From the IMG/VR virus record IMGVR_UViG_3300010273_000009, positions 1 to 29,178 of that record: DNA of 29,178 nucleotides. One strand, given 5' to 3'. Position 1 is the stretch's first letter. Each line of letters opens with the position of its first letter. This document shows positions 9,215 through 17,941 of this stretch, one piece after another. The notes under the pieces were generated by a model. It was not told the origin of the DNA. It searched no databases and saw nothing but the letters and a program-made list of their open reading frames with translations. Source of the stretch: a virus (Duplodnaviria > Caudoviricetes). The position numbers and the translations under genes were made by a program.

Positions 9215-9549
9215 GAAATAAGGTTGTACAATTTGCTGGGAAGGAAATAAGGGTGGAAGAAAAGAAGATAGGCGACCTTGAGAAGCTTATTGAAAAAGTA
9301 TTTCCAAGCAGCAAGGGGAAAATATCGAAAATTGATATTACGAAGGAATTCGGCGATTTAGATTTCGATGTGCTGTATAAAAAACTACAAGCATTGTTCC
9401 CCGAAATAACTGTAGATGACATCAAGAACGCATACATGAGCGAGATAGAGGAGCTTATAGGAGCATTCATCGATGTAAATTTTTTAGGACTGAAGAAACT
9501 GCTGAAGCCGTTGCTGAATGTGGCTCAGATTGGCTTACCCCAGAGATAA
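9211..9549 (+). CDS. Tail assembly chaperone (gpG-like)
   Basis: Lies between the tube and tape measure genes; contains slippery T TTT TTA near its 3' end. Confidence 0.8.
   Translation: MRNKVVQFAGKEIRVEEKKIGDLEKLIEKVFPSSKGKISKIDITKEFGDLDFDVLYKKLQALFPEITVDDIKNAYMSEIEELIGAFIDVNFLGLKKLLKPLLNVAQIGLPQR
9480..9486 (+). other. -1 programmed ribosomal frameshift site (UUUUUUA)
   Basis: AAT TTT TTA read in the chaperone frame; the -1 frame is open from 9483 to 9920. Confidence 0.8.
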
Positions 9550-9920
9550 TTGTTACATTGGCCAGAGAATTTGGATGGACACCGCAGGAAATGCGGGAAT
9601 TGTATCCATCTGAACTGGCTGCAATACTGATGGAGCTAAAAAAGCAAAAAGAAGTGGAAGAATATGCGGAGATGCGTGGCAAATGGGCTTTCTTGGCTGC
9701 TGTAATTACCAATGCAGCAGCTGGTATTGTAGCAGCATTTAGCAAGCGTAAGCCAAAGCAGGCTAATCCGGAAGACTTTATGGACAAAAAATGGATAAAG
9801 AAAATGGAGAAAATACTGAAAGAGACCCAACCATCCCAAGAAGAGGATGAGTGGGTCTCTTTGATTGATGAGGCAAAAATGAAAGGATTAAAAGGGCCAT
9901 GGGAGTTATTCATACGATGA
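9483..9920 (+). CDS. Tail assembly chaperone frameshift extension (gpT-like part of gpGT)
   Basis: -1 frame reads FRTEETAEAVAECGSDWLTPEIIVTLAREFGWTPQEMRELYPSEL...; no RBS at the TTG (9558) used by the ORF track. Confidence 0.75.
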   Translation, partial: FRTEETAEAVAECGSDWLTPEIIVTLAREFGWTPQEMRELYPSELAAILMELKKQKEVEEYAEMRGKWAFLAAVITNAAAGIVAAFSKRKPKQANPEDFMDKKWIKKMEKILKETQPSQEEDEWVSLIDEAKMKGLKGPWELFIR

Positions 9921-10439
9921 AATAGATAGTTGGTATTCTACTTGTACTGCCGAAGGTTCTATCCATAAGATTCCGTATGTTTGCAGACCGGGCTTTAGAT
10001 TTTTTATATCAAATATTTCATGTGCAAGCTCATTCCCTAATATGTTATCTTTTACGGTTACAGACAGTAGTCCTGAAAACGTGTAGTTTGAGTTGTTTTT
10101 TACCCATATTACCAGTTTTTGTTTGCCTTTATAAAACGTATTTTGTAGTTCGTGAGATACTGCAACATTGTTGAAAATTTCTTGTACGATTTGTTGCTGT
10201 TGTTCGGTTTGCTGGGTAGAGGTTTGAACAACTTGCGGTTGGTCGGATTCTCCAGTTTCAATTGCAATTACAAATCCTAAGAGGGTTAAGCTCAAACCAA
10301 CAAGGATGCATATTCCCCAGCGGGTAAAATTTGTTCCACGATTAATAATGGCTCGAATGATTTGGATAAACAGCATTAAAACGCCTATGGCTAATGCTAT
10401 TAGCCCACAAGCTAAAAAAATAGCTCCAATAATATCCAT
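9906..10439 (-). CDS. Reverse-strand membrane protein moron (2 N-terminal TM helices, Q-rich linker, beta-rich domain)
   Basis: Own AAGGAGG RBS and TGaTATAAT promoter; two hydrophobic segments; opposite orientation within the tail operon. Confidence 0.75.
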   Translation of the reverse strand: MDIIGAIFLACGLIALAIGVLMLFIQIIRAIINRGTNFTRWGICILVGLSLTLLGFVIAIETGESDQPQVVQTSTQQTEQQQQIVQEIFNNVAVSHELQNTFYKGKQKLVIWVKNNSNYTFSGLLSVTVKDNILGNELAHEIFDIKNLKPGLQTYGILWIEPSAVQVEYQLSISSYE

Positions 10440-10470
10440 AAGATTCCTCCTTTATCTACCATTTTTTTTG

Positions 10471-10479
10471 ATTATATCA
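10471..10479 (-). promoter_or_regulatory. Extended -10 promoter of the membrane moron
   Basis: Minus strand TGATATAAT, about 30 bp upstream of the moron start. Confidence 0.6.
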
Positions 10480-10498
10480 CAACAAGGCGGTGTTAGAA

Positions 10499-13400
10499 AT
10501 GCAAGTAGGTGAATTACTTGTTAAGCTTGGCGTAGATTGGTCGGCATATCAGAAGGATTTAAAAAGGGCAGAAGCAGAGGCTCAAAGAAGTGGAAGTGTA
10601 ATAGGGCAAATTTTTAGGAATGCCTTTTCTTTTGCGCTTGGTATGGGCTTTTTCGAGGCTATCAAGCGGGGATTCAAGTCGATTATAGGTGAAGCAATAG
10701 ATTTCAACAGCACGATGGAGCAGGCACAAATAGGTTTTACAACCATGCTAAAAAGTGCCGAGGATGCGCAGGCTTTTTTGCGCGAAATGATGAATTTCGC
10801 AGCAAGGACACCGTTTGAATTTCCTGACCTGCTGGAAGCCTCTAGACGCATGATGGCTTATGGTTTTGCTGCAAATGATGTATTACCCATGTTGCAAGCT
10901 GTAGGGGATGCTACAGCTGCCTTGGGACTGGGCGCAGAAGGCATTGACAGGATAATCCTAGCTCTTGGACAGATGCGGGCAAAAGGCAAGGTAACAGGCG
11001 AGGAGATGCGCCAGCTAACTGAGGCAGGCATACCAGCGTGGGAGATACTCGCTGAGGCGATGGGCAAATCTACAGCCGAAGTGATGAAGCTGGCTTCTAA
11101 GGGATTTATTCCTGCTGGTGAGGCCATACAGGCGCTGGTCGAGGGACTGGATAAACGATTCGGCGGTATGATGCAGCGGATGGAGAACACATGGGCAGGG
11201 ATAACTTCCACCCTCAAAGACGTATGGCGGATGACGGTAGGCTCAATCACGGTAGAGCTGTTCAAGGGTGTGACTGGTTGGTTGCAACGGCTCAGGGATA
11301 TGGCCACTACCTTTTATCAAGTTTTTTCAACGTTAAGACAGCGAGGAATAGATACAGCGAATGCTTTGAGGTATGCCATCACGTATGCGTTTGGTGAAAA
11401 TGTGGGGACGGTTGCAAATGTGATAATTACTACGGTGCAGCGCATATGGCAGGCATTTGTACGTGCAGCGGTAATAATCCGGACATACTGGGAGAGCATC
11501 CGATTTGTCTTGACAGGGGTATTAACTACCCTGTTTGTGTTTAAAGTGGTCTTACCAATTTTCAATACCTTCATCAAGTTAGTGGGCATATTGAATGGAA
11601 GTTTGACGGTAACAAGCGGGTTATTTGGCTTATTGTCGAAAGCGGTGGCAATTTATAGAGCGCAGCTCATAACAGCAGATGTGATGGGAACGGTCGCAAT
11701 AACCAGATTTATGCAGATGCGAATGGCTGTATCGGCACTCATTCAGGCATTTGGCGCATTGAGGTTGGCTATTTTAGGGGTAGCTGCATTAATTTTGGGG
11801 CCCTTGGTATGGGCTTGGAGCAAGTACGCAGAACACGTCCAAAAGACGAATATGGCAAGGCTAAATGCACAATTACAGGCGTCTATAGGCGGGCTTGACA
11901 AGAGCCTTGGCAATTTACCAAATACCGCTACACAGGCAGGGAAAGGGCTTAGTGACCTTGGCAAGAACACAGCTAAGGCGAGCAAGAAGGCAAAAGGGAG
12001 CTTGGCTCCATTTGACGAATTACACCAAATTATGACATCTACTGCCGATAGTGCGGAGGATGCGGGGGCTTCAATTGGTGATATCACTATGCCGGCGGTA
12101 GGTGTGGGTGGCTTTAGCGGTGGTGCCCTCGACTTCTCTATACCGAGCCTTGATTTTAAGGAAGAAAAAATGTCCATTAAAGGATTCCTAAAATGGGCAT
12201 GGGACTCAATTCGCAAATGGAAAATTTGGAAGTGGCTAGCGGATGCATGGGACTGGCTAGTAAAACAAGGCAAAAAAGCATGGGAACTTCTCAAACAGTA
12301 TATTTGGCAACCTATGGTTGATGTTTGGAATTGGCTTGTGGAGCTGTGGAATAAGTTATCACCGTGGTTACAAGATAAATGGGATAGCCTTGTTGAGGCA
12401 GCAAAAACAGCATGGGGCTGGATAAAAGAACATATCATAAAACCAATATCTGATGCATGGGCTTGGTTGGTAGAGATATGGAATAAGGCGGTTGCATGGC
12501 TTGGCGAGCGCTGGAACAGAATAGTCGAACTGGCCAAGACGGCATGGAATTGGGTTAAAGAACATATAATCAACCCGCTTAAAAATGCTTGGGACTGGTT
12601 GTTGCAAGCATGGAATTCTATTACTACATGGCTTTCGCAAAAGTGGAACGATATAGCTACAACCGCCAAAGTAGCATGGGAGTGGGTCAAGCAACACATA
12701 ATCAACCCGATAAAGAATACTTGGGATTGGTTAGTGCAGGTATGGAATTCTATAACATCATGGTTGTCTAGCAAGTGGAATGAAATAGTCAATACAGCTA
12801 GAACAGTATGGGGTTGGATTAAGGACAACATAATCAGACCAATTCAGGATGCATGGAATTGGCTCGTTAGTGTTTGGAATTCAATTACTGGATGGCTATC
12901 TAGCAAGTGGAACGATATTGCAAACACAGCTAGAACTGTTTGGGATTGGGTTTATAACAACATTGTTAATCCTGTCAAGCGAGCATGGGATTGGCTAATA
13001 TCGACGTGGAATTCGATAAAAGCAAAATTGGGTGAAATATGGAACAGCATAAGCTCTAAAGCATCGAGTATATGGAAAGGCATCGGCAACACTATAATAC
13101 GATTCATCAATGGTGCAATAGACGCCATAAACGGTATGATTCGAGGCTTAAACAAAATAAAAATTTCCTTCCCGAGCTGGGTACCGCTTTTAGGCGGGAA
13201 AACATTGGGATTCAACCTTCAAACAATCGGCCATATTCCGTATTTAGCGGAAGGCGGTATCGTAACGTCCCCCACGCTGGCCATGATTGGAGAGGCAGGG
13301 GCAGAGGCGGTAATACCGCTTGAGAGAGATAGTGCTGTATTAAACAAGTTGGTAAATAGGATAATGGAAAGATTGGACGCTTTGTCGCTTGGTAGCGGTG

Positions 13401-13501
13401 ATGTCATCATCCAAATTGGTGGCGAAGAAGTAGGACGTATAGCGATGGAGCAGATAAAGAAGGCACAGCGTCAAGCTGGCAAGACGCTTATACCAGTGTG
13501 A
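10499..13501 (+). CDS. Tape measure protein
   Basis: About 1000 aa; MQVGELLVKLG start, tape-measure N-terminal domain (FAARTPFE, LGQMRAKGKV), Trp-periodic repeats, C-terminal LAEGGIV..PTLAMIGEAGAEAVIPL. Confidence 0.95.
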   Translation: MQVGELLVKLGVDWSAYQKDLKRAEAEAQRSGSVIGQIFRNAFSFALGMGFFEAIKRGFKSIIGEAIDFNSTMEQAQIGFTTMLKSAEDAQAFLREMMNFAARTPFEFPDLLEASRRMMAYGFAANDVLPMLQAVGDATAALGLGAEGIDRIILALGQMRAKGKVTGEEMRQLTEAGIPAWEILAEAMGKSTAEVMKLASKGFIPAGEAIQALVEGLDKRFGGMMQRMENTWAGITSTLKDVWRMTVGSITVELFKGVTGWLQRLRDMATTFYQVFSTLRQRGIDTANALRYAITYAFGENVGTVANVIITTVQRIWQAFVRAAVIIRTYWESIRFVLTGVLTTLFVFKVVLPIFNTFIKLVGILNGSLTVTSGLFGLLSKAVAIYRAQLITADVMGTVAITRFMQMRMAVSALIQAFGALRLAILGVAALILGPLVWAWSKYAEHVQKTNMARLNAQLQASIGGLDKSLGNLPNTATQAGKGLSDLGKNTAKASKKAKGSLAPFDELHQIMTSTADSAEDAGASIGDITMPAVGVGGFSGGALDFSIPSLDFKEEKMSIKGFLKWAWDSIRKWKIWKWLADAWDWLVKQGKKAWELLKQYIWQPMVDVWNWLVELWNKLSPWLQDKWDSLVEAAKTAWGWIKEHIIKPISDAWAWLVEIWNKAVAWLGERWNRIVELAKTAWNWVKEHIINPLKNAWDWLLQAWNSITTWLSQKWNDIATTAKVAWEWVKQHIINPIKNTWDWLVQVWNSITSWLSSKWNEIVNTARTVWGWIKDNIIRPIQDAWNWLVSVWNSITGWLSSKWNDIANTARTVWDWVYNNIVNPVKRAWDWLISTWNSIKAKLGEIWNSISSKASSIWKGIGNTIIRFINGAIDAINGMIRGLNKIKISFPSWVPLLGGKTLGFNLQTIGHIPYLAEGGIVTSPTLAMIGEAGAEAVIPLERDSAVLNKLVNRIMERLDALSLGSGDVIIQIGGEEVGRIAMEQIKKAQRQAGKTLIPV
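12299..13090 (+). repeat. Six tandem 132-bp (44-aa, 4x11) Trp-rich repeats in the tape measure gene
   Basis: Units start at 12299, 12431, 12563, 12695, 12827 and 12959 (YIWQP/HIIKP/HIINP/HIINP/NIIRP/NIVNP). Confidence 0.85.
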
Positions 13502-13512
13502 GGTGATGGTGT

Positions 13513-13860
13513 GTGCTTAAGATTAACGGGGTAGCAGTTGCTACCCCTAAAACTTTTAAAGTAAGTTTATACGATATAGATGGTGAGACATACAGGAACG
13601 CAAAAGGCGAGCTTATACGGGATCGTATAGGTACAAAACGCAAACTTGAATGCGAATGGCCACCTTTGAACATGATACAGATTTCTACACTACTTAAAGC
13701 AGTCAAAGATGAGTTCTTTGTTGTGGAATACCCTGACCCCTATGAAGGGATGATGGTGTCGAGAACATTTTACGTAGGTGATAGGACAGCACCCATGCTG
13801 ATGCAAAAGGATGGTCAAATACTCTGGGAAGGCTTGAGCATGAACTTTATCGAGAGGTGA
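13513..13860 (+). CDS. Distal tail protein (Dit-like, DUF6711-type)
   Basis: LKING....P, RNAKGELIRDRI..KRKL, FYVGDR and W.GLSMNFIE; follows the tape measure gene. Confidence 0.75.
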   Translation: MLKINGVAVATPKTFKVSLYDIDGETYRNAKGELIRDRIGTKRKLECEWPPLNMIQISTLLKAVKDEFFVVEYPDPYEGMMVSRTFYVGDRTAPMLMQKDGQILWEGLSMNFIER

Positions 13861-13866
13861 TAGCGC

Positions 13867-15021
13867 ATGTATCCAGTATCGCAGGCATACAAAGATGCAA
13901 TTATGCAGCCATCAAGGCAATTTAGGGGTAGGCTGCTTATACCGAAGCTGACAATGAATTTTACCCGCAACAGCATAGCATACAAACAAGATGGCACGCA
14001 GGTCGCTGCCAACCAACCCCGCTTTGAACAAGGGCGGTTCGGCAAGGCGATTATGGTGGAGGAGGGGACGACGAATTTAATTTCTAACCCTTCATTTGAA
14101 AATGATTTTACTTCATGGGGTAACTGGGGAACACCTCCAACAAGGGAAATTGTAACCAGCCCTGTTTGGCATGATTCTAAGGCACTACATCTAATTACCA
14201 ACGCAAATAATCAAGGAGTATATCAGATTCTTTCGCTTACGGCAGGTATAACATATACTGTGTCTTGTTGGGTATATGTAGTAACTGGTAATCCTGTTCT
14301 TATGGTTGAAAGAGTAAATGATGGTCAAGTATCATACCCAGTGGTTATAGCAGATTCTTCTTGGGCGGGAGATGGGAAATGGCATAGGTTACAGTTAACT
14401 TTCACGGCTGGCAATACATCAAACAGAATACATTTGGGCAAATCCGCATCTGGGAACATAGGAGAATATTATTTTGATGCCATCCAACTCGAACAAAAAC
14501 CCTACGCCACCTCTTTCATCGACGGCACAAGGGCAGATGAAACGCTCACCATCCCCACGACGGGGGTGTTCCCTGACATAAATAACTTTACTATTGAATT
14601 GTGGGCTAAAGCCCAGACAATAAAAACTGATACCTACCAGGGAATTTTTGGTGGCAGAGGTATTCTTGGAGCACCGCCTGTAGATTTATTAATTGCGACA
14701 AATAATCAGTTGTACTTATTTTACTATAATTCTACAGGCGCAAATACTCCATTAGCTACTGGTTACTACATTAGCGACAGAACTAATTGGCATTATTACG
14801 CAGTTACATTCTGTAATGGTACGGTGCGTATTTATGTTGATGGTATAAAGGTTAAGGAAGCCAATATTACATTGGCACAGACTACAGGAAACGGCAACTT
14901 CTATATAGGCAGAAGTATTGTAGCGACACAATATTGGAACGGCCTCATCGACGACCTCCGCATCTCCAATCGTGCCAAATCAGACGAGGAAATCCTTGCT
15001 GCCTACATGGAGGTGGCATGA
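13867..15021 (+). CDS. Tail tip accessory protein: hub-like N-terminal peptide, carbohydrate-binding (CBM4/9-like) domain and LamG/ConA-like domain
   Basis: [38 protein letters not shown]; [30 protein letters not shown]. Confidence 0.75.
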   Translation: MYPVSQAYKDAIMQPSRQFRGRLLIPKLTMNFTRNSIAYKQDGTQVAANQPRFEQGRFGKAIMVEEGTTNLISNPSFENDFTSWGNWGTPPTREIVTSPVWHDSKALHLITNANNQGVYQILSLTAGITYTVSCWVYVVTGNPVLMVERVNDGQVSYPVVIADSSWAGDGKWHRLQLTFTAGNTSNRIHLGKSASGNIGEYYFDAIQLEQKPYATSFIDGTRADETLTIPTTGVFPDINNFTIELWAKAQTIKTDTYQGIFGGRGILGAPPVDLLIATNNQLYLFYYNSTGANTPLATGYYISDRTNWHYYAVTFCNGTVRIYVDGIKVKEANITLAQTTGNGNFYIGRSIVATQYWNGLIDDLRISNRAKSDEEILAAYMEVA

Positions 15022-16922
15022 TGGAGTATATTGCAACCTTTGATGATACGCTTGAGGTATCAATCATATACGAAGATGCAAACATCCTTGAGATGTCGCT
15101 TGAGGAAACTGTCAACCCTGGCGATGATTTTGAGTTGGGCGCAGCTCCATCAGCTCTGTTTGAGGTATCGCTCATTGACGTTGATGAGAACATCATCTTT
15201 GAGCAAGAAACAATAAAACCGTACATCGGACTTGTATTGGATGGCACGATTGAATACGTGCCTTTAGGCGTATTCATCGTTGACGACATCAAAAAGGAGA
15301 AGCGTACTGTAAAACTCTCATGTTTTGATAACATGATTAAGCTAGAAAAGCCTTACTTCTCTGAATTGACTTATCCAGCACCTATAAGCGCAGTGGCGCA
15401 GGAAATATGCACAAAGGCAGGCGTAACGCTTGCTACAACATTGCCGGACACGCAAATAGGCGACCTATCGGGTTATACACTGCGAGAAGCAATTGGGTTT
15501 ATTGCTGCCTTTATGGGCGGTTTTGCACGGTTCAACAGAGATGGACAGCTTGAGATAACCAGCTATGCCGACAGTGGCGTAACAATCACGGCAGATAACT
15601 ATGCCAGCTTGGACACAGCGGAAAGAGCGTACAGTATAGGCAGACTGACCTGCTATGCTGGTGAAGATGCAAATGGTAACCCTATCGTACTCACAGCAGG
15701 AGCAACAGGGCACGAAGTCATATTCGAGTGCCCCATAATGACGCAGGAACAGCTTGACAGCATATACAGCTCATTGAGCCAGATATCCTATATGCCTTTT
15801 AACATGGAGTGGCAGGGTAACCCTGCATTGGTGGCAGGAGACAAGATAACGATAATCGATGCAAAAGACAATGTTTACAGCACGTTGCTCATGCGGCAGA
15901 AGATAACCTACAAGGGAAGCGTAAAAGCGACAGCGGAAGCTGTAGGCAAGACTGAGCAAGCGCAGGAGTTTAGAACGACTGGAACACTCACAAAGAAGAT
16001 GGAGCGATATGTAGCCGAGCAAGCACTTATAAAGCAAATTCTTGCAGATAAAGCCTCAATCGGGGAATTGGAAGCTGTGGAGGCAAAGATAGATAACCTT
16101 GTTGTAGATACTGCAAGGATACAGGATTTAGCAGTAACCACAGCAAAGATAGCGAATGCGGCTATCGACAGTGCAAAAATACAAGATGCGTCTATAACAA
16201 CGGCAAAAATCCAAGACGGTGCAATAACCAACGCAAAGATAGGTACTGCGGCAATAGATACGGCTAATATAAAAGATGGTGCCATTACAAGCGCTAAGAT
16301 AGGTAATGCGCAGATTAAGACAGCTCATATTGAAGATTTGGCTGTGACAACAACTAAAATAGCAGATGCGGCGATAACGGCAGCAAAGATTGGAAATGCA
16401 CAAATAACAGGAGCAAAGATAGCGAATGCAACAATAGAAACCGCAAATATCAAAGACGGCGCTATCACAAACGCTAAAATCGCTAACGGTGCTATTGACA
16501 ATGCCAAAATAGCCGATGCGAGTATATCAACCGCCAAGATTCAAACAGGCGCTATTACAACCGCTTTGATAGCGCAAGGCGCTGTTGGAACCGCTCAAAT
16601 AGCAGATGGTAGTATCACAGATGCAAAAATCGTATCCTTGTCCGCCAGCAAATTAACAGCTGGTAGAATTGACGCAGCAGAAATTGAAGTTATCAACCTA
16701 AAAGCTGCAAACATTACGGTCGGTCAAATCAATGGTTACCAAATTGCTGATGGTGCCATTGGAACTAACCACATTGTTGCTGGCGCCATTACTGCTGAAC
16801 AGTTGGCTAAGGAAGCTGTAACTGCCGATAAAATAGCGCCTGGCGCCATTACGGCAGATAAAATTCCAGCAGGCACTATTCGAGAGTACCAGATAAACTG
16901 GTCAACTCATTTGCTTTTCTAA
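15018..16922 (+). CDS. Baseplate hub/Tal-like protein with C-terminal decapeptide-repeat fibre segment ending ..THLLF
   Basis: GGAGGTGG RBS and ATGA overlap place the start at 15018, not 14934; [17 protein letters not shown]; TTAKIxDGA repeats from about 16100. Confidence 0.8.
   Translation: MMEYIATFDDTLEVSIIYEDANILEMSLEETVNPGDDFELGAAPSALFEVSLIDVDENIIFEQETIKPYIGLVLDGTIEYVPLGVFIVDDIKKEKRTVKLSCFDNMIKLEKPYFSELTYPAPISAVAQEICTKAGVTLATTLPDTQIGDLSGYTLREAIGFIAAFMGGFARFNRDGQLEITSYADSGVTITADNYASLDTAERAYSIGRLTCYAGEDANGNPIVLTAGATGHEVIFECPIMTQEQLDSIYSSLSQISYMPFNMEWQGNPALVAGDKITIIDAKDNVYSTLLMRQKITYKGSVKATAEAVGKTEQAQEFRTTGTLTKKMERYVAEQALIKQILADKASIGELEAVEAKIDNLVVDTARIQDLAVTTAKIANAAIDSAKIQDASITTAKIQDGAITNAKIGTAAIDTANIKDGAITSAKIGNAQIKTAHIEDLAVTTTKIADAAITAAKIGNAQITGAKIANATIETANIKDGAITNAKIANGAIDNAKIADASISTAKIQTGAITTALIAQGAVGTAQIADGSITDAKIVSLSASKLTAGRIDAAEIEVINLKAANITVGQINGYQIADGAIGTNHIVAGAITAEQLAKEAVTADKIAPGAITADKIPAGTIREYQINWSTHLLF
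16100..16880 (+). repeat. Degenerate 30-bp (10-aa) coding repeats [AI]T.AKI.[DN][GA]
   Basis: Visible in the translation; similar tracts at about 17440-17884 and 18200-18700. Confidence 0.85.
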
Positions 16923-16978
16923 ATTCCGAAAATTTGGAAGATTTTGAAATTTAGTAAAACCCTAGGGAGGTTGGGTCT

Positions 16979-17914
16979 ATGGCGAAGAAGCGTATTAAAA
17001 AGCGAAATGCCGAGTTGAGAAAGATGATTGAGGAGGTTTTGGATGAGAAGTTCAAGTCTATACTGGCTGATATTAGCTACAGAATATCGGTGTTAGTTGA
17101 TGAAGCAACCCATTCAGATAGGGTTACTTCTCACAGGTTAAATCTGGCCGTACATCTTATGGACGGTTATGTATGGACAGACAATAGCCCTTCAGCAGGT
17201 TATGTATCCTGGTCTGACTGTAAGATTGTGTATAAAGGACAAGTTTACAATATTCAAAACGGTAACACCAATAAGCGTTATATTTGGTGGGACTATGACG
17301 CTAATCCCAATACGGTTTTCCAGTTTAGCGATACGAAACCAACGCTTACCGATGATGACGTGTTAGTGGCAATTAACGATAACGGAAAACACACCCTTGT
17401 CATTGGTCAAGGACGGATGATGCACGGTGCCGCTCTGTTGGATGGTACGGTAAAGTCCAATGAAATAGCCAACGGAGCAATTACGACGGCAAAAATTTCC
17501 TCGGGGGCAATCACTTCTACGCTGTTAGCGGATAATGCTGTAACAAGTTCTAAAATAGCAAGCGGGGCTGTTACCAATACAGCCTTAGCAAATGGTGTTG
17601 TAGATGCCAATAAATTGGCCGATAACGCTGTTACCAGCAATAAAATAGCTAACGGTGCGGTTACAAGTGGAAAAATTGGTAGCGGCGCTGTAACGTCGAC
17701 AGCTATAGCTTCTAATGCTGTTCAGTCTGGGCATATTTCGGATGGTGCGGTAACTGGCTCAAAAATTGCTGGAGGTGCTGTTAGCACTGCGCACATTGCG
17801 GCAGGGGCAGTTGGTGCAACGCAGTTGGCTGATGGTGCTGTGATTGGCACCAAGATTGGAGCGGGGGCTGTTGCTGCCGATAAACTCAACCTTGCGCAGC
17901 ATCTGTTGTTCTAA
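16979..17914 (+). CDS. Fibre segment protein: basic leader, shared ~80-aa domain, decapeptide repeats, ends ..QHLLF
   Basis: GGGAGG RBS; domain shared with the next gene; VT..KIA.GA repeats. Confidence 0.75.
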   Translation: MAKKRIKKRNAELRKMIEEVLDEKFKSILADISYRISVLVDEATHSDRVTSHRLNLAVHLMDGYVWTDNSPSAGYVSWSDCKIVYKGQVYNIQNGNTNKRYIWWDYDANPNTVFQFSDTKPTLTDDDVLVAINDNGKHTLVIGQGRMMHGAALLDGTVKSNEIANGAITTAKISSGAITSTLLADNAVTSSKIASGAVTNTALANGVVDANKLADNAVTSNKIANGAVTSGKIGSGAVTSTAIASNAVQSGHISDGAVTGSKIAGGAVSTAHIAAGAVGATQLADGAVIGTKIGAGAVAADKLNLAQHLLF

Positions 17915-17941
17915 CACTGTAAACAAAGGGGCTGGTGAGGC

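Noticed and set aside
11743-12831. 362-aa minus-strand ORF and other long antisense ORFs over the tape measure and fibre genes
   Set aside because: Shadow frames of repetitive coding sequence, with no RBS or recognisable motifs.
14934-15021. 88-nt gene overlap or programmed frameshift joining the adhesin and hub genes
   Set aside because: No slippery heptamer is visible, and the strong RBS with ATGA coupling points to a start at 15018.
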